A stretch of 64,000 nt of DNA from an uncultured Ruminococcus sp. (GTDB lineage Bacteria; Bacillota; Clostridia; Oscillospirales; Ruminococcaceae): NCBI GenBank assembly GCA_947345935.1, contig CAMZZN010000001.1:47049-111048 (forward strand). Reading direction: 5' to 3'. The notes beneath the pieces are model-generated. The model did not search any database. It was given only the letters and a program-made list of their open reading frames with translations, and had not been told where the DNA came from. Of the stretch, positions 8,834 to 17,929 are shown piece by piece. The translations under genes and the position numbers were made by a program. The stretch's first letter is position 1. Every line of letters begins with the position of its first letter.

Positions 8834-10371
8834 ACGAGAATGAAAAAATTGAAGAGATTTTAAAAGAGACTTCCGGAGCAGAAAAACGTCAGAAGCCGCT
8901 CAGGACGCTGAAAAGGATCGATACCGGAAAAACGGCAGGTGGAATTCAGGGAGAGTACCACGGAAAACACGAAAATCCGCCGCCGGCTGAATATCATGGA
9001 AAATACGAAGCGCCTTCTCCGGTACGGTATAACGGAGGCTGTGCTGATACAGAACGGGAATACGCAGACAGAATCAGAGACGGACAGGACAGTTCTGCTG
9101 ACGGCGGACGTCCGGCGAAAAGCAAAAGAAAAAAGAAAACGAAGAAAGATATTGCAGTTAAAACAGTTTCCGTTATTGCCAGTCTTGCTGTCATTATTTC
9201 ACTTGTGCTCACAATGCCGATTATGTGGTGGGATAAAAAGGGCGTTAAGGAAAAAATCGGACTTTACACCTATCTGAAGCGAAAGCAGCCCGCTGTTAGC
9301 ATTGAGGGCGAGCTTGATAAATCAAGTGACAAAATAGATTTGGGCATTAATTCCGTTGCTCTGCCTGATGACTATGACGACGGTCTTGATTTTATGGAGC
9401 AGTGGATAGAAGGACAGTATACAGTACTGTTTCTCGGCTTTGACGTTGACAGTCTGAATACGGACGTTATGTGGGTCTGCCAGTTTGATCTGAAGGGCAG
9501 AGCTTTGAATATCCTGCAAATCCCCAGAGATACGGCTGTCCCCGATTTCACCCAGTCTGCAAGCACAAAGTTCAACAGCATCTATTCATGCGGCGATCCG
9601 CAGTATGAGGATGTGCCCATTCAGCGTGTTGTTGACGCAGTGCAGCAGAATTTCGGTATTCCCATTGATGCCTACATCACAACATATATCACCGATATCC
9701 CCGAAATGGTGGATATGGTTGGCGGAATCCCTATTACTCTTGACGAGTCTATCCTTTACGAGGGCGCAGGCTACAACGCTAATGGCGAATATCAGGACGC
9801 AAAGATCATCCCCGCAGGCGATACCGTCCTTTCGGGCGAACAGGCAGAATGGTTCATCCGCTTTCGCTATGGCTGGGTTGAGGGCGATATAGGACGTATG
9901 CAGAATCAGCAGCGCTTTATGGCTGCGGCTATGAGAAAGCTTATCGACATCAAGAATAACGAGGGTAAGGCAAAGCTTAAGTCATATATTGACGAGGTTA
10001 TGGACAAGGAACTTATTGCCACGGACATGATGGTGGTCGATATTGCACGTCTTGCCGACTTCTGCGGTACGCTTTCAATGGAGAATATCCATGTTCATAT
10101 GCTTCCCGGCGAGGCAACCCCAAATGAAAACCTTTACGTGGGTTTTGACGGAAAAGAATATTCTATTTATTCTATCCACAAGCAGGAAACTATCGAACTT
10201 CTTAACAAATATTTCAGACCCTATCAGAATCCTTTGACGGGCTACGGCGATACGGCTATCGTTGAATATTATACAGATCATCATTATAATAATTATGATG
10301 ATAAGACAAATGACTTTGAAACGCTGCTGGAGGGACAATCTCCGGCACAAAACCCAAATTGGCCAAAGTAA
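8830..10371 (+). CDS. LCP (LytR-CpsA-Psr) family cell-wall polymer ligase
   Basis: One TM segment, then LFLGFD, TDVMWV, IPRDT, FIRFR, GDIGRMQNQQRF. Confidence 0.9.
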   Translation: MNENEKIEEILKETSGAEKRQKPLRTLKRIDTGKTAGGIQGEYHGKHENPPPAEYHGKYEAPSPVRYNGGCADTEREYADRIRDGQDSSADGGRPAKSKRKKKTKKDIAVKTVSVIASLAVIISLVLTMPIMWWDKKGVKEKIGLYTYLKRKQPAVSIEGELDKSSDKIDLGINSVALPDDYDDGLDFMEQWIEGQYTVLFLGFDVDSLNTDVMWVCQFDLKGRALNILQIPRDTAVPDFTQSASTKFNSIYSCGDPQYEDVPIQRVVDAVQQNFGIPIDAYITTYITDIPEMVDMVGGIPITLDESILYEGAGYNANGEYQDAKIIPAGDTVLSGEQAEWFIRFRYGWVEGDIGRMQNQQRFMAAAMRKLIDIKNNEGKAKLKSYIDEVMDKELIATDMMVVDIARLADFCGTLSMENIHVHMLPGEATPNENLYVGFDGKEYSIYSIHKQETIELLNKYFRPYQNPLTGYGDTAIVEYYTDHHYNNYDDKTNDFETLLEGQSPAQNPNWPK

Positions 10372-10488
10372 AGCGTCTATATCAGAACCTGTATTCATAG
10401 GATAATCGGAAAAATTATTTTCAAAGCTCCGTATATCTTCCCTATGAATACAAGTTCTCAAATAAAATAACGAAAGGATGAAATATAA

Positions 10489-10854
10489 ATGTCTCAACAG
10501 GAAAAACTTGAGCTTATCATAAAAACTCTTGACAGCAAGAGAGGCGAGGATATTCGGGCAATAAAAATTGCTGATCTTACAATACTTGCAGATTATTTTG
10601 TCATTGTAAACGGAACGAGCAACACTCATGCCAGAACTCTTGCAGACGAGGCTGAGTTTCAGATGTCACAGAAGGGAATAGAACCTCTGAGACGTGAAGC
10701 AGATACTGGCAATACATGGATTGTTCTTGATTATGGCGATATTATCATTCACGTTTTCTACAAGGACACCCGAAATTTTTATAAACTTGAAGGGATGTGG
10801 GCCGACGGCGAACAGATAGACATCAGTAATATGATAACCAAGGAGAATGAATGA
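10489..10854 (+). CDS. rsfS: Ribosome silencing factor
   Basis: ADYFVIVNGTS, WIVLDYGDIIIHVF, FYKLEGMW. Confidence 0.95.
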   Translation: MSQQEKLELIIKTLDSKRGEDIRAIKIADLTILADYFVIVNGTSNTHARTLADEAEFQMSQKGIEPLRREADTGNTWIVLDYGDIIIHVFYKDTRNFYKLEGMWADGEQIDISNMITKENE

Positions 10855-11207
10855 TGAATGTAAATAATCAAAAGGGAATGACGATAGGCATTGCGGTAGG
10901 AATTTATCAGATAATCAAGCTTATTCTCAATATGATACTGGGAGGAAGTTTTGACGTGCTTACCCTGCTTATTGGAGCAGCCGCTTTTATTCTGGCGATA
11001 ACCGGAATCAAATACGGAAATTATGCTGTTGCAGCAGTTCTTGCATTGATAGCACTTGTGCATCTTCCGGATAACATCTCGAATATAGGCAGCAACTGGA
11101 TCTATCTTGTCGAGGGAATAATTGATATCGGAGCAGCCGTGGTTCTTTGTACAAGCTCTGACGTAAAGGAACAGTTCTCTAAGGGATTGGATGAAATAGG
11201 CAAATAA
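10851..11207 (+). CDS. Small hypothetical membrane protein
   Basis: Three to four hydrophobic segments; coupled to rsfS by overlap. Confidence 0.7.
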   Translation: MMNVNNQKGMTIGIAVGIYQIIKLILNMILGGSFDVLTLLIGAAAFILAITGIKYGNYAVAAVLALIALVHLPDNISNIGSNWIYLVEGIIDIGAAVVLCTSSDVKEQFSKGLDEIGK

Positions 11208-11216
11208 AGCAAAGGA

Positions 11217-13631
11217 ATGATAAAAATGAGCAGATATGATTATAAATCCGTTGAAAAGAAGTGGCAGAAATACTGGGAGGATCACGATAGTTTCAAGGCA
11301 GTTAACGACAGCAGCAGGGAGAAATTTTATGCTCTTGTAGAGTTTCCCTATCCGTCAGGACACGGTATGCACGTAGGTCATATCAAGGCTTACTCCGGAC
11401 TGGAAGTAGTATCAAGAAAGAGACGCCTTGAAGGATATAACGTATTGTTTCCAATCGGATTTGACGCATATGGACTTCCTACTGAAAATACCGCTATAAA
11501 GGAAAATATACATCCTCGTCTTGTTACGGACAGAAATATTGAGAAATTCACGAATCAGCTTAAAACTGTAGGATTTTCTTTCGACTGGTCAAGGGTTATA
11601 GATACTACCGAAGAGGGTTATTACAAGTGGACTCAGTGGATATTCCTTAAAATGTTTGAAAACGGTCTTGTTTTCCGTGACAAGACGTCGGTAAATTATT
11701 GTCCGAGCTGTAAGGTAGTTCTCTCTAACGAGGACTCTCAGGGAGGCAAATGTGATATCTGCCACAGCGATATCGTGCAGAAGACCAAGGAAGTATGGTA
11801 TCTGCGCATAACAGAATATGCTGATAAACTGCTTCAGGGACTTGAAGAAGTAGACTATCTTCCGAATGTAAAGCTTCAGCAGCAGAACTGGATAGGAAAA
11901 TCAACAGGAGCTTTTGTAGATTTCAGCATAAAGGAATGTGATGAAAAGCTCCGCATCTATACTACACGGCCGGATACTCTTTACGGTGTGACTTTTATGG
12001 TAATTGCTCCGGAGCATCCTATTTTAGAGAAGTACAGGGATAGTATTAAAAATTATGCTGACCTTGAAGCTTATAAGGCGGAATGCGCCAAGAAGAGCGA
12101 ATTTGAGAGAACGCAGCTCGTCAAGGAAAAGACAGGTGTGAAGATCGAGGGACTGACAGTGGTAAATCCTGTTACAGGCAAAGAAATTCCGATCTATATT
12201 GCCGATTACGTAATGATGGGATATGGTACAGGCGCTATAATGGCTGTTCCGGCTCACGATACGAGAGACTACGATTTTGCAAAAAAATTCGGCATTGATA
12301 TTATCGAAGTTATTAAAGGCGGAGATATTTCAGTCGAGGCATATACCGGAGAGGGAGAGCTGGTAAATTCCGGCGAACTTAATGGAATCAGCAACAAGAA
12401 GGACGCTATTGAAAAGGCTCTGGAGATTCTCGGCAGACTGGGATGCGGTGAAAAGGGCGTTCAGTATAAGATGAAGGACTGGGCATTCAACCGTCAGCGC
12501 TATTGGGGAGAGCCTATCCCGATCGTTCATTGTCCCGAGTGCGGAATGGTTGCCGTTCCTTATGAGGAACTTCCGCTCAGACTTCCGGCTGTAGAGAATT
12601 TTGAACCCGGCACTGACGGTGAAAGTCCTCTTGCCAAAATCGACAGCTTTGTAAACTGCAAGTGCCCGAAGTGCGGAAAGGACGCCAGACGTGAAACAGA
12701 CACTATGCCTCAGTGGGCAGGATCTTCATGGTACTTCCTGCGCTATTGTGATCCGCACAACGATCAGCAGTTTGCTTCAAAGGAAGCTCTTGAATACTGG
12801 ATGCCTGTTGACTGGTACAACGGCGGCATGGAGCACGTTACAAGACATATGATATACAGCCGTTTCTGGCATAAGTTCCTCTACGATCAGGGATATGTGA
12901 ATACATCGGAGCCATATGCAAAGAGAACTGCTCAGGGACTCATACTCGGTCCGGACGGCGAAAAGATGTCCAAGTCCAGAGGAAATGTCATTGACCCCAA
13001 CGACGTAGTTGACGAGTTTGGTGCAGACGTTCTCAGACTTTATGTTCTCTTTATGGGCGACTATGAGAAAGCAGCTCCATGGAGCGAATCAAGCATAAAG
13101 GGATGCAAGCGTTTTATCGACAGAGTATGGGGATTACAGGATATCCTCACTGACGGCGACAGCTACAGCGACGCTCTCAGCTCTAAATTCCATAAGACCG
13201 TTAAGAAGGTCACAGAAGATATAGAGGCAATGAAGTTCAATACAGCAATCGCTGCAATGATGACGCTTATCAATGATATTTATGCAGCTGGCAGCATCAA
13301 CAGGGCGGAACTGCACGCTTTCTGCATTATGCTCAATCCTTTTGCTCCGCATATAACTGAGGAAATATTCAGCAATAATTTTGGACAGATTCTTAGTGAG
13401 CAGAAGTGGGTGACATTTGATGAAGACCTTTGCAAGGATGAAACCATAGAGATAGTTGTTCAGGTAAATGGCAAGCTTAAAGCAAAATTGAATATTGTGC
13501 CGGGCTCTGATAAAGATTCAGTTATCGCAGCGGCAATGGCAGACGAGAAAGTTAAAGAATCTGTTGACGGCAAGAATATCATTAAACAGATATATGTGCC
13601 AAATAAACTTGTTAATATTGTTGCAAAATAA
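11217..13631 (+). CDS. leuS: Leucine--tRNA ligase
   Basis: FPYPSGxGMHVGH, TTRPDT, VPAHD, KMSKS. Start could be the ATG at 11226. Confidence 0.98.
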   Translation: MIKMSRYDYKSVEKKWQKYWEDHDSFKAVNDSSREKFYALVEFPYPSGHGMHVGHIKAYSGLEVVSRKRRLEGYNVLFPIGFDAYGLPTENTAIKENIHPRLVTDRNIEKFTNQLKTVGFSFDWSRVIDTTEEGYYKWTQWIFLKMFENGLVFRDKTSVNYCPSCKVVLSNEDSQGGKCDICHSDIVQKTKEVWYLRITEYADKLLQGLEEVDYLPNVKLQQQNWIGKSTGAFVDFSIKECDEKLRIYTTRPDTLYGVTFMVIAPEHPILEKYRDSIKNYADLEAYKAECAKKSEFERTQLVKEKTGVKIEGLTVVNPVTGKEIPIYIADYVMMGYGTGAIMAVPAHDTRDYDFAKKFGIDIIEVIKGGDISVEAYTGEGELVNSGELNGISNKKDAIEKALEILGRLGCGEKGVQYKMKDWAFNRQRYWGEPIPIVHCPECGMVAVPYEELPLRLPAVENFEPGTDGESPLAKIDSFVNCKCPKCGKDARRETDTMPQWAGSSWYFLRYCDPHNDQQFASKEALEYWMPVDWYNGGMEHVTRHMIYSRFWHKFLYDQGYVNTSEPYAKRTAQGLILGPDGEKMSKSRGNVIDPNDVVDEFGADVLRLYVLFMGDYEKAAPWSESSIKGCKRFIDRVWGLQDILTDGDSYSDALSSKFHKTVKKVTEDIEAMKFNTAIAAMMTLINDIYAAGSINRAELHAFCIMLNPFAPHITEEIFSNNFGQILSEQKWVTFDEDLCKDETIEIVVQVNGKLKAKLNIVPGSDKDSVIAAAMADEKVKESVDGKNIIKQIYVPNKLVNIVAK

Positions 13632-13658
13632 CGAAATTTTAAAGTCTGGAAAAAAGCC

Positions 13659-13687
13659 TTGACAATTAAAGAAAACTATGATAAAAT
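13659..13687 (+). promoter_or_regulatory. Sigma-A promoter of rpsU
   Basis: TTGACA (13659-64), 17 nt spacer, TAAAAT (13682-87) with extended TG. Confidence 0.8.
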
Positions 13688-13815
13688 AATATTATATTAT
13701 TTTTGAGTATATCTGCTGTCTTTCAGGGTATATGCTGACTGGCGTCCTTCGGGATGATTAGTATAGAGCTCGGAAGCGATTCCGGGAAACCTCTGAATAA
13801 GGGAGGGAAAGTTAA

Positions 13816-13989
13816 GTGGCAGAAGTTCGTGTTGGTAAAAACGAGTCTTTGGATACAGCTCTTAAAAGATTTAAGAGATCATGTGCAAAGGATGGCGTTA
13901 TCGCTGAGGTTCGCAAGAGGGAACATTACGAAAAGCCTTCTGTAAAGCGCAAGAAGAAGTCTGAAGCAGCTCGTAAGCGCAAGTATTGA
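13816..13989 (+). CDS. rpsU: 30S ribosomal protein S21 (absent from the ORF track)
   Basis: GTG start after GGGAGG; translates to [57 protein letters not shown]. Confidence 0.97.
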   Translation: MAEVRVGKNESLDTALKRFKRSCAKDGVIAEVRKREHYEKPSVKRKKKSEAARKRKY

Positions 13990-14012
13990 TCTTGCAGACT
14001 GATCGTGCTGAT

Positions 14013-14040
14013 AAAAGCGGACCCGGAGGGTTCGCTTTTT
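14013..14040 (+). terminator. Intrinsic terminator after rpsU
   Basis: AAAAGCGGACCC-GGA-GGGTTCGCTTTTT hairpin ending in a T tract. Confidence 0.8.
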
Positions 14041-14086
14041 CATTTATATTTTAGTAAACGGATATTTTGTAGATCTTGGAGGTATT

Positions 14087-14593
14087 ATGGGATCAATAAT
14101 TACGGCTGCATTCCGGCGGGTAACTGATATCACACCGGACATACTCAAAAGTCTGGGGATAAGGGGACTTATCCTTGACCTTGACAATACGCTGACAACT
14201 CATGATAATCCTGTTCCCGGCGAGGGCGTTCTTAACTGGCTTGAGCTTATGAAAAAAAGCGGCATAAAGCTGATAATAGTTTCCAATAATCACCCTCCGA
14301 GAGTCAAACCGTTTGCGGATATGCTGGGGCTGGAATTTGTCAGCGAGGGAAAAAAGCCTCTTACAAAGGGATTCCGGGAGGCGAAAGCTAAAATGGGACT
14401 TCCGAAAAAAAGCATAGCCGCTGTGGGAGATCAGATATATACCGATGTTTTAGGAGCGGTTCTTTTTGGTATAAAAATGCTTTATGTAGAACCTATTGAA
14501 CATGAGAAAACAACATTTTTCAAGGTGAAGAGAAAGTGCGAAAAGCCGTTTCTGCCGAGAAAATACTATAATGAACAGGAGAAAAAACAATGA
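14087..14593 (+). CDS. YqeG-family HAD IIIA phosphatase
   Basis: DLDNTL, VSNN, KKP, VGDQIYTDV. Confidence 0.9.
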   Translation: MGSIITAAFRRVTDITPDILKSLGIRGLILDLDNTLTTHDNPVPGEGVLNWLELMKKSGIKLIIVSNNHPPRVKPFADMLGLEFVSEGKKPLTKGFREAKAKMGLPKKSIAAVGDQIYTDVLGAVLFGIKMLYVEPIEHEKTTFFKVKRKCEKPFLPRKYYNEQEKKQ

Positions 14594-15021
14594 TTAAAAA
14601 AATACTTGTAATACACGGTCCGAACCTCAATCTGCTCGGTGAGCGTGAACCGGGAATTTACGGCAGCGATTCCATTGAAAATCTTAATAGCAGTATTATT
14701 GACCGTGCCAGAGATCAGGGATTGGAGTGCGAGATATTTCAGTCAAATCATGAGGGGGCTATCATAGACAAGCTTCATGCAGCCAGAAATTCTTTTGACG
14801 GCGTTGTTATCAATGCCGGAGCATATACTCATTACAGCTATGCTATCAGGGACGCTATCGCTGCTGTGAAGATCCCATGCATTGAAGTACATATCAGCAA
14901 CGTTTTTGCAAGGGATGAATTTCGTTCAAAGTCGGTGATTGCTCCTGTGTGCAAGGGAAGTATAAGCGGTTTCGGTTTTGGCAGCTATTTTCTTGCTATA
15001 CAGGCGCTTGCAGAGATGTGA
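14590..15021 (+). CDS. aroQ: Type II 3-dehydroquinate dehydratase
   Basis: HGPNLNLLGEREPGIYG, QSNHEG, INAGAYTHYS, IEVHISN. Confidence 0.96.
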   Translation: MIKKILVIHGPNLNLLGEREPGIYGSDSIENLNSSIIDRARDQGLECEIFQSNHEGAIIDKLHAARNSFDGVVINAGAYTHYSYAIRDAIAAVKIPCIEVHISNVFARDEFRSKSVIAPVCKGSISGFGFGSYFLAIQALAEM

Positions 15022-15031
15022 GGTGTGAATT

Positions 15032-16096
15032 TTGACACGATTTGAGAAACTTTTCCGGGAAATTGATACCGAATGCGTCCTTATAACGTCGGATATAAAC
15101 AGACGGTATTTCACCGGTATGAAGTCCTCTGCCGGATTTGTTCTTGCGTTTCCTGAAAAATCGTATCTTCTTGTAGACTTCCGTTATATCGAGAAAGCAC
15201 GCAGCACCGTTTCTGATGCTGAGGTGATCGAGCTGAAAAAGTTTTATCCGCAGGTCAGCAGGCTGCTGAAGAAGCATGGAGCATCCAGAATCTCGATCGA
15301 GTCAGACACAATGACTGTTAAGCAGCTTAACAGCTATAAGCATATTTTTCAGGAGATCGAATTTGACAGCTCTGACGATCTCAGTAATGCCATACAGACG
15401 CTCAGAATGACCAAGGATGATGAGGAAATCTCTTGTATCAGAAAGGCGCAGGAGATCGCTGAAACAGCTTATGAAGAGCTTCTTCCGTTTATAAGGGAAG
15501 GCGTGACAGAGCGTGAGATTGCACTGGAACTGAACCGTCTGATGTTTGTTCATGGAGCGGAAGATCTGTCGTTTGATACGATCGTGCTGTCAGGGGCTAA
15601 TACGTCAATGCCGCACGGAGTTCCTTCAAATAAAAAAGTTGAAGAAGGAGAATTCGTTCTAATGGATTTCGGAGCGGTCTGGAACGGCTATCACAGCGAT
15701 ATGACCAGAACAGTCTGCATTGGAAAGCCGTCGGAGGAAATGGAGAAAGTCTACAATATCGTTTTGGAGGCGCAGCTTGCCGGGATCAGGGCTGCAAAGC
15801 CGGGCATTACCGGTGCAGAACTGGACAATGTTTCCCGTGAGATAATCGAAAAGGCCGGTTACGGTGAATATTTCGGTCATTCACTGGGACATGGCGTCGG
15901 AATGGAAATACATGAATTGCCTAACGCTTCTCATGGATATAAGAATCCTCTGAACGAGAAAGCTGTCGTAACAGTTGAACCCGGTATATATCTGGCAGGA
16001 AAATTTGGAGTTCGTATTGAAGATTTTGTCATTTTAACCGAAAACGGATGCGAAAATCTGACAAAATGTGCAAAAAAGTTAATATCTTTGAATTAA
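15032..16096 (+). CDS. Xaa-Pro aminopeptidase (M24)
   Basis: [34 protein letters not shown] start; conserved aroQ-peptidase-efp order. Confidence 0.92.
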   Translation: MTRFEKLFREIDTECVLITSDINRRYFTGMKSSAGFVLAFPEKSYLLVDFRYIEKARSTVSDAEVIELKKFYPQVSRLLKKHGASRISIESDTMTVKQLNSYKHIFQEIEFDSSDDLSNAIQTLRMTKDDEEISCIRKAQEIAETAYEELLPFIREGVTEREIALELNRLMFVHGAEDLSFDTIVLSGANTSMPHGVPSNKKVEEGEFVLMDFGAVWNGYHSDMTRTVCIGKPSEEMEKVYNIVLEAQLAGIRAAKPGITGAELDNVSREIIEKAGYGEYFGHSLGHGVGMEIHELPNASHGYKNPLNEKAVVTVEPGIYLAGKFGVRIEDFVILTENGCENLTKCAKKLISLN

Positions 16097-16110
16097 TATC
16101 ATTTAGGGTA

Positions 16111-16139
16111 TTGCAAAAAATAAAAAAATGTGGTAAAAT
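16111..16139 (+). promoter_or_regulatory. Sigma-A promoter of efp
   Basis: TTGCAA, 17 nt, TAAAAT with extended TG. Confidence 0.65.
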
Positions 16140-16181
16140 AGAAATATATTATTATAGTCTAATTATACGGAGGTATTTCTA

Positions 16182-16739
16182 ATGATTTCAGCAGGAGATT
16201 TCAGAAACGGCGTTACTTTTGAGCTTGACGGTCAGGTCGTTCAGGTCGTTGAATTTCAGCACGTTAAGCCCGGAAAAGGAGCCGCTTTTGTAAGAACAAA
16301 GTATAAGAATGTTATTACCGGTTCAGTTGTTGAAACTTCTTTTAACCCTACAGCAAAGTTCCCTACGGCTTTTGTTGAGAGAAAAGATATGCAGTACAGC
16401 TACAATGACGGCGATCTTTATTATTTCATGGATATGGAGACTTACGAGCAGGTTCCGATCAGCGCCTCTATCCTCGGCGACAGCTTTAAGTTTGTCAAGG
16501 AAGAAATGATCTGTAAGATCCTTTCTTATAAGGGCACAGTATTTGGAGTAGAACCGCCCAACTTTGTTGAATTGGTCGTTACACAGACAGATCCAGGATT
16601 CAAGGGCGATACGGCTACAAACGCTACAAAGCCCGCTATCGTTGAGACGGGAGCAGAGGTAAAGGTTCCGCTCTTTATTGACGAAGGTGAAAAGATCCAG
16701 ATCGATACAAGAACAGGCGAGTATATGTCAAGAGCCTGA
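16182..16739 (+). CDS. efp: Elongation factor P
   Basis: [25 protein letters not shown]. Confidence 0.98.
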   Translation: MISAGDFRNGVTFELDGQVVQVVEFQHVKPGKGAAFVRTKYKNVITGSVVETSFNPTAKFPTAFVERKDMQYSYNDGDLYYFMDMETYEQVPISASILGDSFKFVKEEMICKILSYKGTVFGVEPPNFVELVVTQTDPGFKGDTATNATKPAIVETGAEVKVPLFIDEGEKIQIDTRTGEYMSRA

Positions 16740-16772
16740 TTACCGCAAAATTTATTTGCAGGAGGAATTATT

Positions 16773-17273
16773 ATGAATCTTAATGAAAAAATGTCATATC
16801 TTCAGGGGCTTCTTGCAGGTCTTGAGCTTGATACCACTACAAAAGAGGGCAAAGCTATCACGAAAATGGCAGAAGTTATGTCGGAACTTGTTCTTTATGT
16901 AGACGATCTTCAGTCACAGGTGGACGAGCTTACAGAGTTGTGTGATATTCTTGACCAGGATCTCGGCGCTGTAGAGGATGACTTTTATGACGATGACGAA
17001 TTTGAATGTTCCGGTAACTGTGACAACTGCGATGAAGACGACTGGAGAGACGACGGCAGCGACGATGATTTTGATGAATATGACGATGATGAAGATGATG
17101 AGTTGTATGAGATAAATTGTCCTACCTGTGGCGATACTATTCTTCTTGATGAGGGAATGCTTGAGGAAGGTTCTATCAATTGTCCGAACTGCAATGAGCT
17201 TCTTGAATTCGATTATGATGATCTTAAAATAGAAGATATCGAGGAGCTTAACGAAGGCGAGTCCGAGCAGTAA
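16773..17273 (+). CDS. Acidic CD1247-like protein with C-terminal zinc ribbon
   Basis: N-terminal helical region (YLQGLLAGLE), D/E-rich middle, CPTC...CPNC. Typical efp neighbour in Clostridia. Confidence 0.75.
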   Translation: MNLNEKMSYLQGLLAGLELDTTTKEGKAITKMAEVMSELVLYVDDLQSQVDELTELCDILDQDLGAVEDDFYDDDEFECSGNCDNCDEDDWRDDGSDDDFDEYDDDEDDELYEINCPTCGDTILLDEGMLEEGSINCPNCNELLEFDYDDLKIEDIEELNEGESEQ

Positions 17274-17291
17274 TTTAATATGATGCAAATT

Positions 17292-17325
17292 AAAATATCC
17301 GTCCTTTACAGGGCGGATATTTTTT
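17292..17325. terminator. Bidirectional intrinsic terminator between convergent genes
   Basis: AAAATATCCGTCCT / AGGGCGGATATTTT inverted repeat with A run before and T run after. Confidence 0.85.
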
Positions 17326-17336
17326 ATTATACGGTA

Positions 17337-17912
17337 TTATCTGACACCATAGTCAGCCAGTATGCGCAGAGCTGTTTCACGCCTTGTCTGCCGGCTGTTC
17401 ATTGCCTGTTTTTCAATGTAACGATGAGCTTGCGGTTCGGTAAATTTCAGATATTTCATAAGTGTCGCCTTGGCACGACTGATTATTCGGATCTCTTCGG
17501 TTTTTATCAGAATATCGGAACTTTCTTTTTTCAGCTCTGCAAATCCCCCATGAGAAGCGGCAGCAAGATCTGCAGCTTCTGAAAAAAGTATCCTGCTGAC
17601 AGGGCGTGAAACAACGTATATCCCACTTTCACAGACGTATTCGGCAATATCGCCGGAAATATCATTTCCGCAGATGAGTATAACGCCCGTCTGATATTCC
17701 TCAGCGATCATTAGTGAAAGTTCCTGACCAAATTCGTCAGAAAGCGGAGTATTTATGACTGCAAGACTGATTTCCGGATCGGTACGCATAAATCTGCGTG
17801 CTTCACTTCCGCTTGAAACAACCGTGATGAGGCTGACCCCATCTGCCCTTAGAAATTGCTCAATCATGGAAGCAATCTCTTCAGAGGATGAAACTATTAG
17901 TGCCTTGTTCAT
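17337..17912 (-). CDS. ANTAR-domain antiterminator with a degenerate (pseudo-)receiver domain
   Basis: ANTAR motif IISRAKATLMKYLKFTEPQAHRYIEKQAMN. Receiver fold has VSS in place of the acidic pocket and N (VINTP) at the phosphoacceptor position. Confidence 0.9.
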   Translation of the reverse strand: MNKALIVSSSEEIASMIEQFLRADGVSLITVVSSGSEARRFMRTDPEISLAVINTPLSDEFGQELSLMIAEEYQTGVILICGNDISGDIAEYVCESGIYVVSRPVSRILFSEAADLAAASHGGFAELKKESSDILIKTEEIRIISRAKATLMKYLKFTEPQAHRYIEKQAMNSRQTRRETALRILADYGVR

Positions 17913-17929
17913 ATTCTGAATATCCTTTT

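Noticed and set aside
13754-13945. 63-aa ORF in the track
   Set aside because: Wrong frame; the real gene here is rpsU at 13816-13989.
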